Below are positions 1 to 62,172 of a stretch of 64,000 bases of DNA, one piece after another. The position numbers and the translations under genes were made by a program. The notes beneath the pieces were generated by a model, which was not told the origin of the DNA, did no database searches, and was given only the letters and a program-made list of their open reading frames with translations. Position 1 is the stretch's first letter, and every line of letters begins with the position of its first letter. Source of the DNA: Octopus sinensis (lineage: Eukaryota); NCBI RefSeq assembly GCF_006345805.1, contig NC_043004.1, forward strand, positions 18,476,001-18,540,000. The letters are read 5' to 3'.

Positions 1-180
1 CTATCAACCCTATTAGATAACAAGTTGAACTTCAGATGAATTGATGGAAGGAGGCTTTTATTCAATTTTTTTCTCAAACCTGATTTTACCATGCAGAGGT
101 TGGCTACAAGTAATATGGCTGGTCACGACAACTACAGCAACACAGTTAAATAGCAGAAAAACAACATGGCACAAGACACA

Positions 181-370
181 TTTTAGTGAAAAAGAAAACG
201 CCTGTTAGGTAATTTACAGCTACTCCACTCGGATTGCAAGACCAGGTTTTTACCCGTAATTATTGGCACACTAGGATATGTAACAAACTACCTCAACATC
301 AACATTGTCAAATTAGGTTTCTCAAGACCAGAAAGGAGAAAGCAGATTAGAAAACGACAGATGGTCTGAC
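181..370 (+). mobile_element. Degenerate 3' fragment of an RLE-type (R4-like) non-LTR retrotransposon
   Basis: Translates to ..FLPVIIGTLGYVTNYLNINIVKLGFSRPERRKQIRK..; clearly similar to 58870-59090 of the larger copy in this window. Confidence 0.75.
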
Positions 371-1865
371 CGGTGATATTACCATTTGTCTTAGAGTCTA
401 CTCAGGATAATATGAAGCTTCGACTTCGTCTCCTAATCGCTAAAGAAAAAATATTTTTCCTTTATAAAACACTTTTATCTGTCGCTGTAAATAGAAACAT
501 TTGGTGCGGCAGACAGTACGAAACAGAGCTTGATTTATGTTGGCTATACCACAGAACAATTAAATAAAAGCTTCAGTGGGCATAGGTATGATGCCAGGCA
601 CTATAACAGTAGTTCGACGGAACTTGCCAAACAATTTACATCAAGCACCATACATTTTAAGTAAAGAAATAATTTTATATTCTAACCAACAAATCTATAA
701 ATAGACAACATAAAATATAAAATTATCAGGCGTGAAATGTGTTGCGGGGTCATTGTAATCCAAGCATGTGACTCTCTTGTTTCTGAAAACGGACTGTGAT
801 TGATAGTATTGATCTCTGAGGAGGTATATCAGGAAACAAGCGAAGTTACGTAATGGTCTGTTAAGAATAATTGACATAAAACCTGACAGTATGACTCAGA
901 ATAAAGTGTAATGAATATGAGCAAATCTAGTAAATGACTATTGTTTAGACGTACTGCAAGTAGATGCGCTTTCACACACGGACACTTACTGACAAAAGTA
1001 GATGAGAAGGTATACTATAACTCTGTCAGGATTCGACATCCCGAGGCAGTTAAACAGTATATAGTATATGTCGAATATATTTGTAAATAAGTTCTAATAC
1101 GGTCAAAAAACACCCCTTAGATATCATCCGTCAAGATAAATTTGACAGGTGCTTGGGAAACGAGTCTGAAAAAAAAAAAAAAAAGATAGGGCCTTGCATG
1201 TTTACATGTCCCCCTCTACTATTTCACTTTCTGCTTTCATTATCCTCTGAATATCGAAAAAGAAAAAAAAAATCGAAGTAACGATTTCTAGAAGTTTCAG
1301 CTTCAATAAAAGGCACTGCTTTCTACATTCTACTTTCAGTTTCTACTCAATATCGAATTATCTGTTTTTTTTTCTTCTTGTTTCCTTTGAAATAATCATA
1401 CATATGCACACATAAACATATATATGTGCACATATATGTATATTTATGTGTGTGAATTTGTGCATGTACAAAAGTGAAAATCTGCATGGGCAACTGCTTA
1501 TAAGCATCTGTGTATATTTAAATATAGATATGTATGTATATGCAAGTGTATTAGTGTGTGTGCCCAAATACTTTTGCGTGCGACATAAGAGAGCGAAAGT
1601 GATGGAGAAAAAAAAACCCAAAGAGGCAAAAGCAATATCTGATGCTAGATTATCTATCATTTAGATGAATAGGGTAATAGCTACTGAACAGACTAATGAT
1701 TGATAGTATTACAGTATTTGAGAATTAAAACTACGTCAAAATCAATTGATAATACGGCATATGTCACAGTTGATATCTCATTGCACTTCATCATGATATG
1801 TATAAAATTACTTGCATCATTCCTCCCATTCCGTTTATTCTATATACTTTTTCCTGTAATTAGGT

Positions 1866-2495
<630 letters not shown>

Positions 2496-2861
2496 CGCAT
2501 TCTGTCACTGGAATCCAGCCATACTGGTCTGATTCTTAATTTGTCAACCTCCTAAGCATAAAAGACATATTGAATCTGAGCATGAAGAGATATAACGTTA
2601 AACTAATATCTTTCAGCCTTCAAATGGGGGAAAAAGTTTGTCAATTTATTTATATACGCATGTTTAATAGGAATACATTTCAACTTTCTCTGCATGTACG
2701 TACATTCTGCCTCTTCATTATATGCGTCGTCAACGAACATAATGATAAAGGAATTATTAAATTCGGTGCCTGTTCTCTATCGGCTTTTTTCTTAAGTGAT
2801 GTTGAGGTACGTTCTCTCTCTCACTCTAGCTATTTATCTATCTGTCTTCGTGTAGATTGTG

Positions 2862-3125
2862 AAGGCAAGTGGCTTAGTGATTAAGCTATTCGGCTCGTGA
2901 TCGTTAGGTCGTGAGTTCGATACCTTGCGGCGTCTTGCGTCCTTGAGAAATACACTTTATTTCACGTTGCTCCAGTACTCTTAGCTGACAAAAATGATTT
3001 CTACCTGTAATTCAAACAACCAGCATTGTAATACCGTGCACCATACTGAATCTCAATGGGAACTAGGTTAAGGGTACGCGTATCTGTGGAATGTTCATTC
3101 CAGAAACTTATCAATAGTAGAGTAA
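2862..3125 (+). mobile_element. Degenerate tRNA-derived SINE (family C type)
   Basis: Box A-like TGGCTTAGTGATT and box B-like GAGTTCGATACC; body tttcacgttgctccagt shared with the 27065-27290 copy. Confidence 0.75.
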
Positions 3126-3172
3126 TAAAGATAGGTTATAGTCTCACGCATAACTCAGCCAGCATCATTTGC

Positions 3173-4269
<1,097 letters not shown>

Positions 4270-5929
4270 CAAATTTTTGCACAAAGCCAGCAAGTTAGAG
4301 GGAGCGGATAAATCGATTTCATCGACCCCAGTGCTCAACTGGTACTCATTTTATCGATCCAGAAAACAATGAAAGGTAAAGTCGACCTCGGCGGAGATTT
4401 TTGATGTTCACCGTTGAGAAAATAATGTTTTGAAATTACATTCACGAATAATTTATACTAAGGACAACTATTTGACAACTGTTGTACTAAGTATTACAAT
4501 AAACTGTTGTATTTCCTGCTTGATTATGACACACACACACACATACGGCAGCAATTTTATGAAATCAAAACACACTTTTTATAACATTAGCAATATATAT
4601 TTGTTGTTCATATATTGCTTTTCGGTAATATAATAAATGCTACTTGAAGAATGCTGCTAAATGAAGAGATGAATGTATAAGAATCAAATTGGTGACGAAT
4701 GAATCTCAAGAGAATATTTGCAGGGAATGTTTGTAACGTTAGACGAAGACAAATTATATTAAGCAGACAAATTATGTGTCTTCTATTATTAATACTTTGT
4801 TACCACATGCATCTATAAGATATCAGATTTTATCAAATGATAGTGAATTTAATAAGCTTCTTTCTAATGCGGTCTACATTAAGACATTTACAAAACAAAA
4901 ATAATTGACATATTAATCATTATCCGAAAACGAGAAGGTTCATTGAACTTTGTGAATAATCTTAGCATGTTACATTAATATATCCAACTAAAATGAATAC
5001 TCTACAAATTTCAACAAAGGTCATAAACACTGCAGTTTTTGCTTTAAATCTGTTTCAATACTTAATTTTAGCCATTTCACATCTCCAACAGGGCTAATGC
5101 TTCGAATGTTATAACATAAATTTCACCTCTCTCATGAGGCTGAGACCTTGTTAAAAGATTGAAAATCAATCAAAATGTGACGGGATACAAGTCATATATG
5201 AAGTTGTTGAACGAATTACAGTAATATTATAATGCTAATTGATCTTGAGCAAGACGCTAAAAGAGTGAAAGGATGAAAAATATCTAGTTCTTTAGAGATC
5301 GGTCATTTGAACATCTTAAATGGGTGGAATTACGTGCGAAGAGCAGTCAACCTGAAAACATTTGTCATGATGATAATTACTTTTATAGAAGACGCTTATT
5401 CAGCATGATATGTTAACGCAATGTATTGTATTGGCCCGGGGAGTAAGAGCGACGGAAAAGGCACTCTCTTGTCTTTGTCATCTGCTTTTCTTTAAGGATA
5501 ATGTCTCTCTCCACCTCAGAGCTTCATAAATTTAATAATTATCTCTAGGCACTGTTGTTGTCGACAATTATGTACGCTCCACCGACAAATAAATACTGGA
5601 GTACGTATATACAGCAAATGCAGGTAATACACTCTTGACTCATGTGTTGATAGTTCATATGTATTCGACCATTTCTCTAAATGCTATATACGAGGCCATT
5701 TCCAGAAGCTCTTAGGAGAGGCATTTATAACTGTTCTAGATTATTGTGATTTTAGTATATCATTACTACACATCTAATAAACTGACCTGCCAACTTTTGT
5801 TACTCTAGATTGAAGGAGACGGTTGTAACAACGTTTAAACACACACGCTACTAAACACTGCTTGTCACAGCTGACAAGTTTGATAAATGCAGATCGGAAC
5901 GTGAAGACAATTCAGAATCTTGCTAAGCA

Positions 5930-6345
5930 ATAAAGTTACAGAAACGAAATGCTCAGCATTGCTTATGGATTAACTTGTATGAGCCAAGCGACAGTTTTTA
6001 ACTGGCATAAGAGGTGGTAGAGAGGTGAAAGATGATGAGAGGTGTGGGAGGGTTGAAGAACGTCAAAACATTAAAGCTGGTTGAGAAAATTCGCAATTAT
6101 TTGGATGAAAACCGTCAAGTATCTATAAAGACAATAAGCTTACAATTTGGAGTTGGTGTGGCAACTGTACATCGAATTATTCATGAAGATCTGGGTGTTC
6201 AGTGACAAGCGTCCTGGCACCCAACTGTTTGACAGAGTTGGGCATCAAAACTGTCACACATCTTACCTACCGTCCAAACTTTCCTCCCTGTGACTTTTGA
6301 GTGTTCTACAAGCTGAAGGGGGACCTCAATTTGAAGATAATAGAG
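5930..6345 (+). mobile_element. Degenerate, internally deleted mariner transposase remnant
   Basis: HTH-like KIRNYLDENRQVSIKTISLQFGVGVATVHRIIHEDLG and a decayed YSPDL-region (LTELGIKTVTHLTYRPNFPPCDF); stops and frameshifts. Confidence 0.75.
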
Positions 6346-6439
6346 TCTTCAGGAAGTGACCAGAGCGTTACAACAAGCCGTATTCTTTAATCTTTTCGAA
6401 TACCCTTTTAACATGTTCTACAAGTTGTTAACGTGATTT

Positions 6440-8217
6440 GCTTTTTGTAACGATATAATCAAAGTGGGCGATAGCAAAATCCCCCAGCATTGTGTCCATT
6501 ATTTGCTGAAATATGGCAGAAGACACTTTTACACCGACTAAGCTGCTTAAATTTAAATAAGCTACGGTGTATATTAATGGTTAATAAGCGTGAGCATTCT
6601 TCTACTTGGATTTGTAGATATGCCTCCGAGCAGTCTAATTTTGAGAAAAATTTCCTTCCATTCAATTTTGCCATCACTTCCTCTGGACTCGGCAATGGGT
6701 AGTTATGTGAGATTAAGCAATCTTTCAACCCCGTTGAAAAGCCTGCACAAACTCTTATCTTGTTATTTTTCTTTTTCACGTAGACCGTTAATTTTGGCTT
6801 ACCGATATATGTCCAAGTTTCTTCATCCACAATGGTAATATCACTTCCAGTGTCTAACTGCACTTTTACTCTTTTATTTTCAATTTTCACATTTACAAAT
6901 TTCCTCTTTGTAACATTACCTTTTTATTTCCACCACATCTTGTTTATTTATTTTCTTTGTTCCAACATTTTGTCATCTTGATTTTACAGTGGGCTTTTAC
7001 GTGTCCAATTTTTCCATAACAGAAACGTTCCGCCTTTTTAAATGGGAAGCTATCTCGGGTGTAGACCTCCACATGCAAAGTATGGGTTTTGTCCTGATTT
7101 TTGTCCTGTTTGTACTGTATTTTGGTACACACTTGCTTCCTAGTCTGCCTGTTTCGCACTTGTTTCTTTTGGAAGCAATCTTTATTTTCACTTTTCTGTG
7201 TCGTGTCTTAGATTTGCTATTCTTTCACACTCTTCTGACACTTGTTCTAAGGTTACAGCTTGGTTTTGTTCCAGCTTAGCGAGAATTCTTGTTCTTACTT
7301 CTGCATCATTTGATGCAGTTTATCTCTGGAGTAAATATCAGGCACTTGAAAATATCTGGCGTTAATTCGTTCAGTTTGAACTTTTCACATTCCCAGTTAA
7401 CTCTGCCAGCATATGTGATGTAATCCTCCTCATTGTGTTTTTCTACGTTCAAACATTTGCAGCGTGTATTGAACAATGAACATTTCTCGCTAAAAATTTT
7501 ATACATTATGTCTATTGTATCTTTAAAGTTTATGCCAGAAGGTTTATTCGGGAGTATGTAATTACTGTAACGCTCATGTTACCCAGCGGCCAGTTTTCCT
7601 AAGATTAGACGCGTTTTGATATCGTCGTCCCAAACTTTGCACTCTTGACTGAAGATTTGTTCGTATCTTCTATAATACGCATCGAAGATAACTCCTTTGT
7701 GTGGTTCATACTTAAATTCTGTTACTGAGTTTGCAACATAATCTGGCGAGAACATATTTTCATTCATTATTTTCTGACGACTTACTATTCATTAATTGCA
7801 GCGTTTGTTGCTGTAATAGTAATTGTTATTGTTATTGTTCTTTCAGTTGTTGTTGTTGTTGCTGTTTTTTGCAACTCGAGCAAACCGGCCAACAGATTTT
7901 TAAAATAATTTTACGATTTTGTATCCCGTAAAATTCGCACAAAAAATTTCGTGAATTTCTTAACTCCTTGAGAGTTTGTTTAATTCCTGTGAGTTTATTT
8001 TCTCGTCGCCACTGTTGTGATCCTTTCATCTGACTGTTATCACGCCCACTCCGGTATAGCAGTATAGTTAGTTAGACAAGTAAGACTACGACTATCTATG
8101 ACAGTCTAACTCGTACTCTCCACCACACTGACACTGACTGACAGTGTTTATAATGATAAGCACATATCACTCGTCACGTGGGAGGGGTGTACCATTATTA
8201 CTATTATCCCCATAACA
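6440..8217 (-). mobile_element. 3'-truncated Gypsy (Mag-like) LTR retrotransposon: 5' LTR, PBS, gag, protease, start of RT
   Basis: LTR 8217-8013 begins TGTTATG and ends AACA; PBS TGGCGACGAG at 8011-8002; gag FDAYYRRYEQIF..., decayed zinc knuckle CYGKIGHVKAHC; protease LDTGSD; RT YPLPSPEEVMAKLNGRKFFSKLDCSEAYLQI; frameshifted. Confidence 0.92.
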
Positions 8218-8373
8218 GTCAGCTATCTCTTTCCAGTCAAACAAATAAAGCTATACACGCAATGCGATTTCACATGCAATATGACAGAGTTTAGGTATTG
8301 GTGAAGTTTATATTTCACTTATATATATATATGTACACCTTTATATTGTCCAATATGTGTAAGTAAATTTGTG

Positions 8374-8908
8374 GGATCTTTTCTAAAATATGGACAGAAT
8401 TTTCTACTAAACTAAATAATTTGAAACTTCGTATACTGGTAGAATGTGTCAAAAGAAAACATTAATTTCAATTAGTTTTTTTGAGAAAAATGTATTTTGT
8501 AACTTTTACGTAGTTTAATTCTTCGAATTTTAACCAATCGTAGGATCTTTTCTAAAAGATGGACAGAATTTCCTACTTAACTAAATAATTTGAAACTTCG
8601 TATACTGGTAGAATGTGTCAAAAGAAAACATTAATTTCAATTAGTTTTTTTGAGAAAAATGTATTTTGTAACTTTTACGTAGTTTAATTCTTCGAATTTT
8701 AACCAATCGTAGGATCTTTTCTAAAAGATGGACAGAATTTCCTACTTAACTAAATAATTTGAAACTTCGTATACTGGTAGAATGTGTCAAAAGAAAACAT
8801 TAATTTCAATTAGTTTTTTTGAGAAAAATGTATTTTCTAACTTTTACGTAGTTTAATTCAAATTATTTAGTTAAGTAGAAAATTCTGTCCATCTTTTAGA
8901 AAAGATCC
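8374..8908. mobile_element. Non-autonomous DNA transposon (MITE/foldback) with 52-bp TIRs, 8-bp TSD and a 169-bp left end repeated three times; Merlin-like
   Basis: TIRs 8374-8425 and 8857-8908 (2 mismatches) start GGATC; AATTTGTG at 8366-8373 and 8909-8916; units start at 8374, 8543, 8712. Confidence 0.88.
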
Positions 8909-8968
8909 AATTTGTGAGATTTCATAAAATAGAATAACAATAAAATTCAGCATTAGATTAATACTCAC

Positions 8969-56488
<47,520 letters not shown>

Positions 56489-56859
56489 CTGCAAATGCAA
56501 CAATATAGATATATTTATTGCTATAGAAGTGTCATCAGCATGCACATATTAGATCATGGTTTACGTCATGATTGTATCCAAAGATTGTTCATTTTCTCTC
56601 ATTTATTATATGCCTCCCTTGATCTTTGCTTCAATTAATTCCCCTCAGTCGCCTCCTCTCACGCTCTCTAGCTATGTGAAAAAAACAACAAACAAACAAA
56701 CAATACGAACATATTGAAAGAAATATCGTGTCCTTTTATTTCTAAGGAAATAAATAACAATATTTATAACACAAGGTGCAAATTTCTCATTTCTTATTAC
56801 TTTTAATTAGTTATTAGTTAAAAATATATCCGGAATAATATGAACTATACTCATTACTC

Positions 56860-57270
56860 TCTTTTACTCTTTTATTTGTTTCAGTCATGTGACTGTGTGG
56901 CCTTGCCGGGGCACCACGTTTAGTCGAGCGAATCGACCCCAGGACTTATTCTTTGTAAGCTTAGTACTTATTCTATCGGTCTCCTTTGCTGAACCGTTAA
57001 GTTACGGGGACGTAAACACACCAGCATCGGTTGTCAAGCGATGTTGAGGGGGACAAACACAGACACACAAACACACACACACATATATATATATACATAT
57101 ATACGACGGGCTTCTTTCAGTTTCCGTCTACCAAATCCACTCACAAGGCTTTGGTCGGCCCGAGGCTATAGTAGAAGATACTTGTCCAAGGTGCCACGCA
57201 GTGGGACTGAACCCAGAACCATGTGGTTCGTAAGCAAGCTACTTACCACACAGTCACTCCTACGCCTATA
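56860..57270 (-). mobile_element. tRNA-derived SINE (family B), near full length
   Basis: Minus-strand head AGGCGTAGGAGTGACTGTGTGGTAAG, box B GGTTCAGTCCC; matches 11217-11590. Confidence 0.9.
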
Positions 57271-58104
57271 ATTACGAAAATATAACAAGTGTACTAAGCT
57301 CAAAAGTATCTCAAGGAAGACTGTGTTACTAAAATTTGGTTCCCTAAATTTAAACAGATGACTGAATTTATCGATTTTGGTATGATGCTATTCTATAGTA
57401 GGGAAGTTCCCAAGATCCTCGTACTTATTTTCTCCATATAATGGAGATAAGACCATTTACTTTCCAATATTGTGACAAGTAAATAGAACGAAGCACCGCG
57501 AACAACTTGAATTCGTGACCACGACCCAAATAATTTAAACATCATCTATTATGTATTTCGTTTCTTAACGTTACAAGAAAGCTAAACGCCTTTATAGTAT
57601 TTTCTTTACCACTGCCTCAAGGAAAATAGTAATAAAAAAAGAATACATAATATTCGATATGTTCGTATCCAATCGTATTGAAATGATTTGTTTTAAATTG
57701 TCATGTTTACAGAAAATGGAACCTATAAGTTGCTTTATTAATATAATTAATTAGGATACTTATTCCTTATAGAGTAGATGTAATATAGCACTCTACATAA
57801 ATTCTATATCGTCAAAAGTACTGAAATCTTCTGCTCCTAGTCCACAAACTCACTATGTTGGAACGTATATATATTTTTGAATCTACACATATGATCTATT
57901 TAGCTCTAGACTACTACCTAGCAAAACAATGTTTATACATTTAAAAATCATTTTAATATGATTGCAGTATATAAACACATGATATGACCTTCGTAAGGTT
58001 TTTATTTTTGTTATAGATATCTAGAGTGTGACACTTCACAGTACCATATATCAGTTGTAGTTGATAAATATAGACAGACACACACACACACATACACACA
58101 CACA

Positions 58105-58135
<31 letters not shown>

Positions 58136-58351
58136 CACACACACACACGCATGCACACACACATACACACGCACACACAGACATGCATAGAGAGAAATAC
58201 GCTCTTGTCGATCACAGATGAAGTAACATTATAAAAGAAAAATTAATATAAGGAAATCTCTTTCAAAATCTGTTTTGAAACAATGTTTAAAAGAGTTCTA
58301 TTTGAACAAAACTCATTACAACGAATATTCCAGTTACATACATACATACAT

Positions 58352-59334
58352 GCTCCGAAGTCATTATAATATTGATCACCAAAGCAGTCTATCATGGACC
58401 AATAACTGGATCACTACCTCCCTCTGTGAAGGGTATGCATTTGCAATTCAGGAACATGAAATATTAACCAAATAGCTAATGCACAAAAGAGATAGAGATG
58501 CAGGAAAATCAGTAAACTGTGACACCCGATGTAGACTTTGTGGAGTTAACACCGAAGATATCACCCACATCATAAGTAGTTGTCCGAAAATACCATAACG
58601 GTTTTATCTACCGATGAGACATGACGTTGTATCTAGGACACTCAATAACGAAATCCGTCGGAAGGATAACGCCGAGGACAAACAAATAAGAACCACAGTA
58701 TGGTAGAAGCCATAGCCACTCATAACAAAAAAAGGAGTATTGGTGGAATGTCCCACTGAAAACCTCAACAAAATGTAAGCACAACAAGCCTGATATAATG
58801 ATTTCGGATAGAAGAGAGAAACTGTACATTTGTGGAAATTAGCTTTCCAGCGGATGTTAACGTAAAGCTGAAGATCAGTGAAAAAGAGAATACCTACGCT
58901 GAACTATCGAGTAATCTGTAGTTACTCTGTCCAGATTACAAGTTCAGATTTATACCTGTAATTATTGGGAACCTGGGTTACGCAAGACACTGTCTAAATA
59001 TCAATCTTGAGAAATTGAGCTTCTCAGAACCAGAAAGGAGAAAGCTGATTCGAAGACTACAGATCTAACCCATCAGTGGAACTGTAAGTATCTGTAAAAC
59101 TTTCCAGAAGTTTATCATTTAAACATATATGAGCATGTCTAGATATGTAACTATATTCATGAGAATACACACAAAAAACAAAACATAGAAATCTGCACAT
59201 ATGCATATATACATGCATACATACAAAAATACCCTGTTGTTCATTTTGAAATTGCAATGAAGTAGCCCTGAAACTAGGTTAGAAACCGGCTCTTTCTCTA
59301 TTGGTAAGAAATCTTGAAATAAAACTGAATAATG
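58352..59334 (+). mobile_element. 5'-truncated RLE-type (R4/Dong-like) non-LTR retrotransposon with 3' UTR
   Basis: SLSW...EGYAFAIQE, CCHC finger CRLCGVNTEDITHIISSC, RHDVV, endonuclease HNKPDI, EISFPAD..K..EK..Y, IPVIIGNLG; stops and frameshifts; 3' end AATAAAACTGAATAATG. Confidence 0.88.
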
Positions 59335-60321
59335 ACATACATATATACATACATGCATATATAAATGTATATATACATACATATTGTTTTTCGAGCCTCA
59401 GGACTCATAAAGCCGTTTGCTTGGTTTCCATAGGGCTGTTCTCACTCAGAAAAAGGAGAAATATTAATAGTTTAAAATATCCGTTTCATAACACAAGGAT
59501 TTTATGAACTTTTTCCTGCTTAATTTCTATATATATTGCTATTTATAGTTCCACTGATGGATTAGATCTATAGTCTCCGAATCAGCTTTCTCCATTCTGG
59601 TGAAAAATGCAATTATGCAATCCTGACTGTCTCTTATTTCTAATTGGTATGTTATAAAAATTGCAACAAACTACTACCCATACCATTATACGTCGCGCTT
59701 TCTCTATAATCCCTTCCGTAAAAAGAAAACTGATCAATGATATGAGGTATTAAATTACTAACTTATATGTTTTGACATCAAATCCACTGCAATTATTTCG
59801 TTCTGTGGAAGCGAAACTTGATTAATTGGAATTCAGCTCACCTAGCAGACTAAGTGATCAGTTGACGAGATATATGCAATATAATTGCGTTTTTATCATG
59901 GGAAAGAACAGTTTATCTACTTTGGATCTGTTGGGAAAAAATATAATATCACGCATCGGTCAAAACACACTGAATTCGCGTCTACTTTCGCCCAAACTAA
60001 CATATAAACGTTTCACTAATATACTCAAATTGAAGCATTATTTGCATGTCTCGTCTAAAGTACATCACCGACTTCCCTACTTCGAGTCATATTTCATTTA
60101 TTTGTATCAAAAGCAGCAATATGTCAGGCTAGGATTCTTGGTATCGATGACAACTGATACCAAATAACGCGAATTAAATATATTAAGAATCTATTTATAT
60201 ATTAATATTAAGACTTTTAAACGTTACACATTTTTAGAGAACAATATGAGATCGAGAAAGGAACAGAGCAATAAAATCAAGTTGTCTTCATTACTTTCAG
60301 GTGGTTTCTTAAGTAATATTG

Positions 60322-60712
60322 TGTGGAGGCGCAATGACCCTGTGGTTAGGGCAGCGGACTCGCAGTCATAGGATCGCGGTTTCGATTCCCAGACCGGGCG
60401 TTGTGAGTGTTTGTTGAGCCAAAACACCTAAAGCTCCACGAGGCTCCGGCAGGGGATGGTGGTGATCCCTGCTGTACTCTTTCACCACAACTTTCTCTCA
60501 CTCTTACTTCCTGTTTCTGCTGTACCTGTATTTCAAGGGGTCGGCCTTGTCACTCTCTGTGTCACGCTGAATATCCCCGAGAACTACGTTAAGGATGCAC
60601 GTGTCTGTGGAGTGCTCAGCCACTTACACGTTAATTTCACGAGCAGGCTGTTCCGTTGATTCGGATCGACCGGAACCCTCATCGTCGTAACCGACGGAGT
60701 GCTTCCTTCCCT
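60322..60712 (+). mobile_element. Full-length tRNA-derived SINE (family C)
   Basis: GTGTGGAGGCGCAATGACCCTGTGGTTAGG head, box B GGTTTCGATTCC, long body and tail ending GTAACCGACGGAGTGCTTCCTTCC. Confidence 0.88.
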
Positions 60713-61382
60713 AAGTAATATTGTAAATAGAAAAAAATACTTCTTGGGAGAAATTAAATTTCAATTACATCATATATCTGAAGAAATATTTTTCTGTTAT
60801 TCGACTAAAACCCTTTAAGGCGGAACGACAGCATGGCTGCAGTCAAATGACTGAAACAAGTGAAAGAATATATATACATACATACGTATACACATACCAA
60901 CGTACAGTTTGTCAGGGATCTGCTTACTAAAAGTTTCTCTTAAAATCGTTGGGTTACTATAAGACTCAGAGTCGCCCATGCATACCACTTAATCCTCACA
61001 AAACGTGATGAGTGTTCCTTCTTCCATCCGTACACAAAGATATACATATACACATGCACGCGCCCACAGAAATATATCTAGTCTATCTACAAAATACATA
61101 TACACATGTATGTTGATTTGTATGTATGTGTGTATAAACTTTTTACAATAAGGTCGATGTAAAATGTCCGACGCCATGATAGATCGTTAGTTCCTACACG
61201 CATTGTTTTCTCTCCTTGTTTCTCTCCTTGTTTTTTTTTTTCTGTGTATCTCTCTGTCGAAGGGTGTAGGCTCGATACGTAAAATACTTTTTCTATTTCT
61301 ATTCCTGAGCGCTTTACCAATACCTTTGTTTGTTTGTACTCCACCTGCCTTCGTCTTTTGTTTATTTTCGTAAACTTTCCCG

Positions 61383-61385
<3 letters not shown>

Positions 61386-61419
<34 letters not shown>

Positions 61420-61477
61420 TGTATGTATGTATGTATGTATGTATGTATGTATGTATGTATGTATGTATGTATGCATG

Positions 61478-61526
<49 letters not shown>
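61386..61526. repeat. (TATG)n(TATC)n tetranucleotide microsatellite; similar arrays at 17005-17089 and 42040-42148
   Basis: Directly visible. Confidence 0.95.
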
Positions 61527-62141
61527 GAAAGGATTAGAGACAAACACTTTCCTCTCTGGTCAATCTCTCATCAACTTCTTCAAGTATCACTTGAAGAAAA
61601 AAGTGAGAGTAGAGAGGCAAGTTTTGTCTAGTGAATGTTTTAAAAAAAGATGGGTGGATGTAGCAAGGATGGCACGTATGAATGACGAAGCCACCTTGAC
61701 TATGATTCTATGAACCGTAAAATTAATACAGAGAGTTGCTTATTTGCAAAAAAAAAAAAAAAAAAAAAAGAAATATAACATGTGACTTCATTGACCGAGG
61801 TTACCGTGGTCTTTTCCGTAGGCTTTTCTTTCCACGGGTAAACCTCACCTGTTCCCCCCCTTTACACTTCATATTGACATTTCTGTGATAACGATCCCTA
61901 TTGATCAATTTTTTCCTCTCCCCCTTTTTTTTAACCCCCCCTTTTTTTTGTCCTCTTTCTCTCCTTTTACGATCCCTTTTGATCGACCCCCCTTTTTTAT
62001 TTTATTTTTATTTTATTTTTTTCTTATTTTTTATTTTTTTTTATTTTTTTATTTTTTATTTTTTTTAAACCTTCAAAAGAAAAGCTCTACCTTGTAATTT
62101 GTTCTATCTGTGTGCAGCCCTGTGTGGCTAATAAAGAAACA

Positions 62142-62172
<31 letters not shown>

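Noticed and set aside
61745-62075. A-run followed by long T- and C-homopolymer-rich stretch
   Set aside because: Looks like garbled low-quality sequence over a SINE-like repeat rather than a biological feature; needs raw reads.
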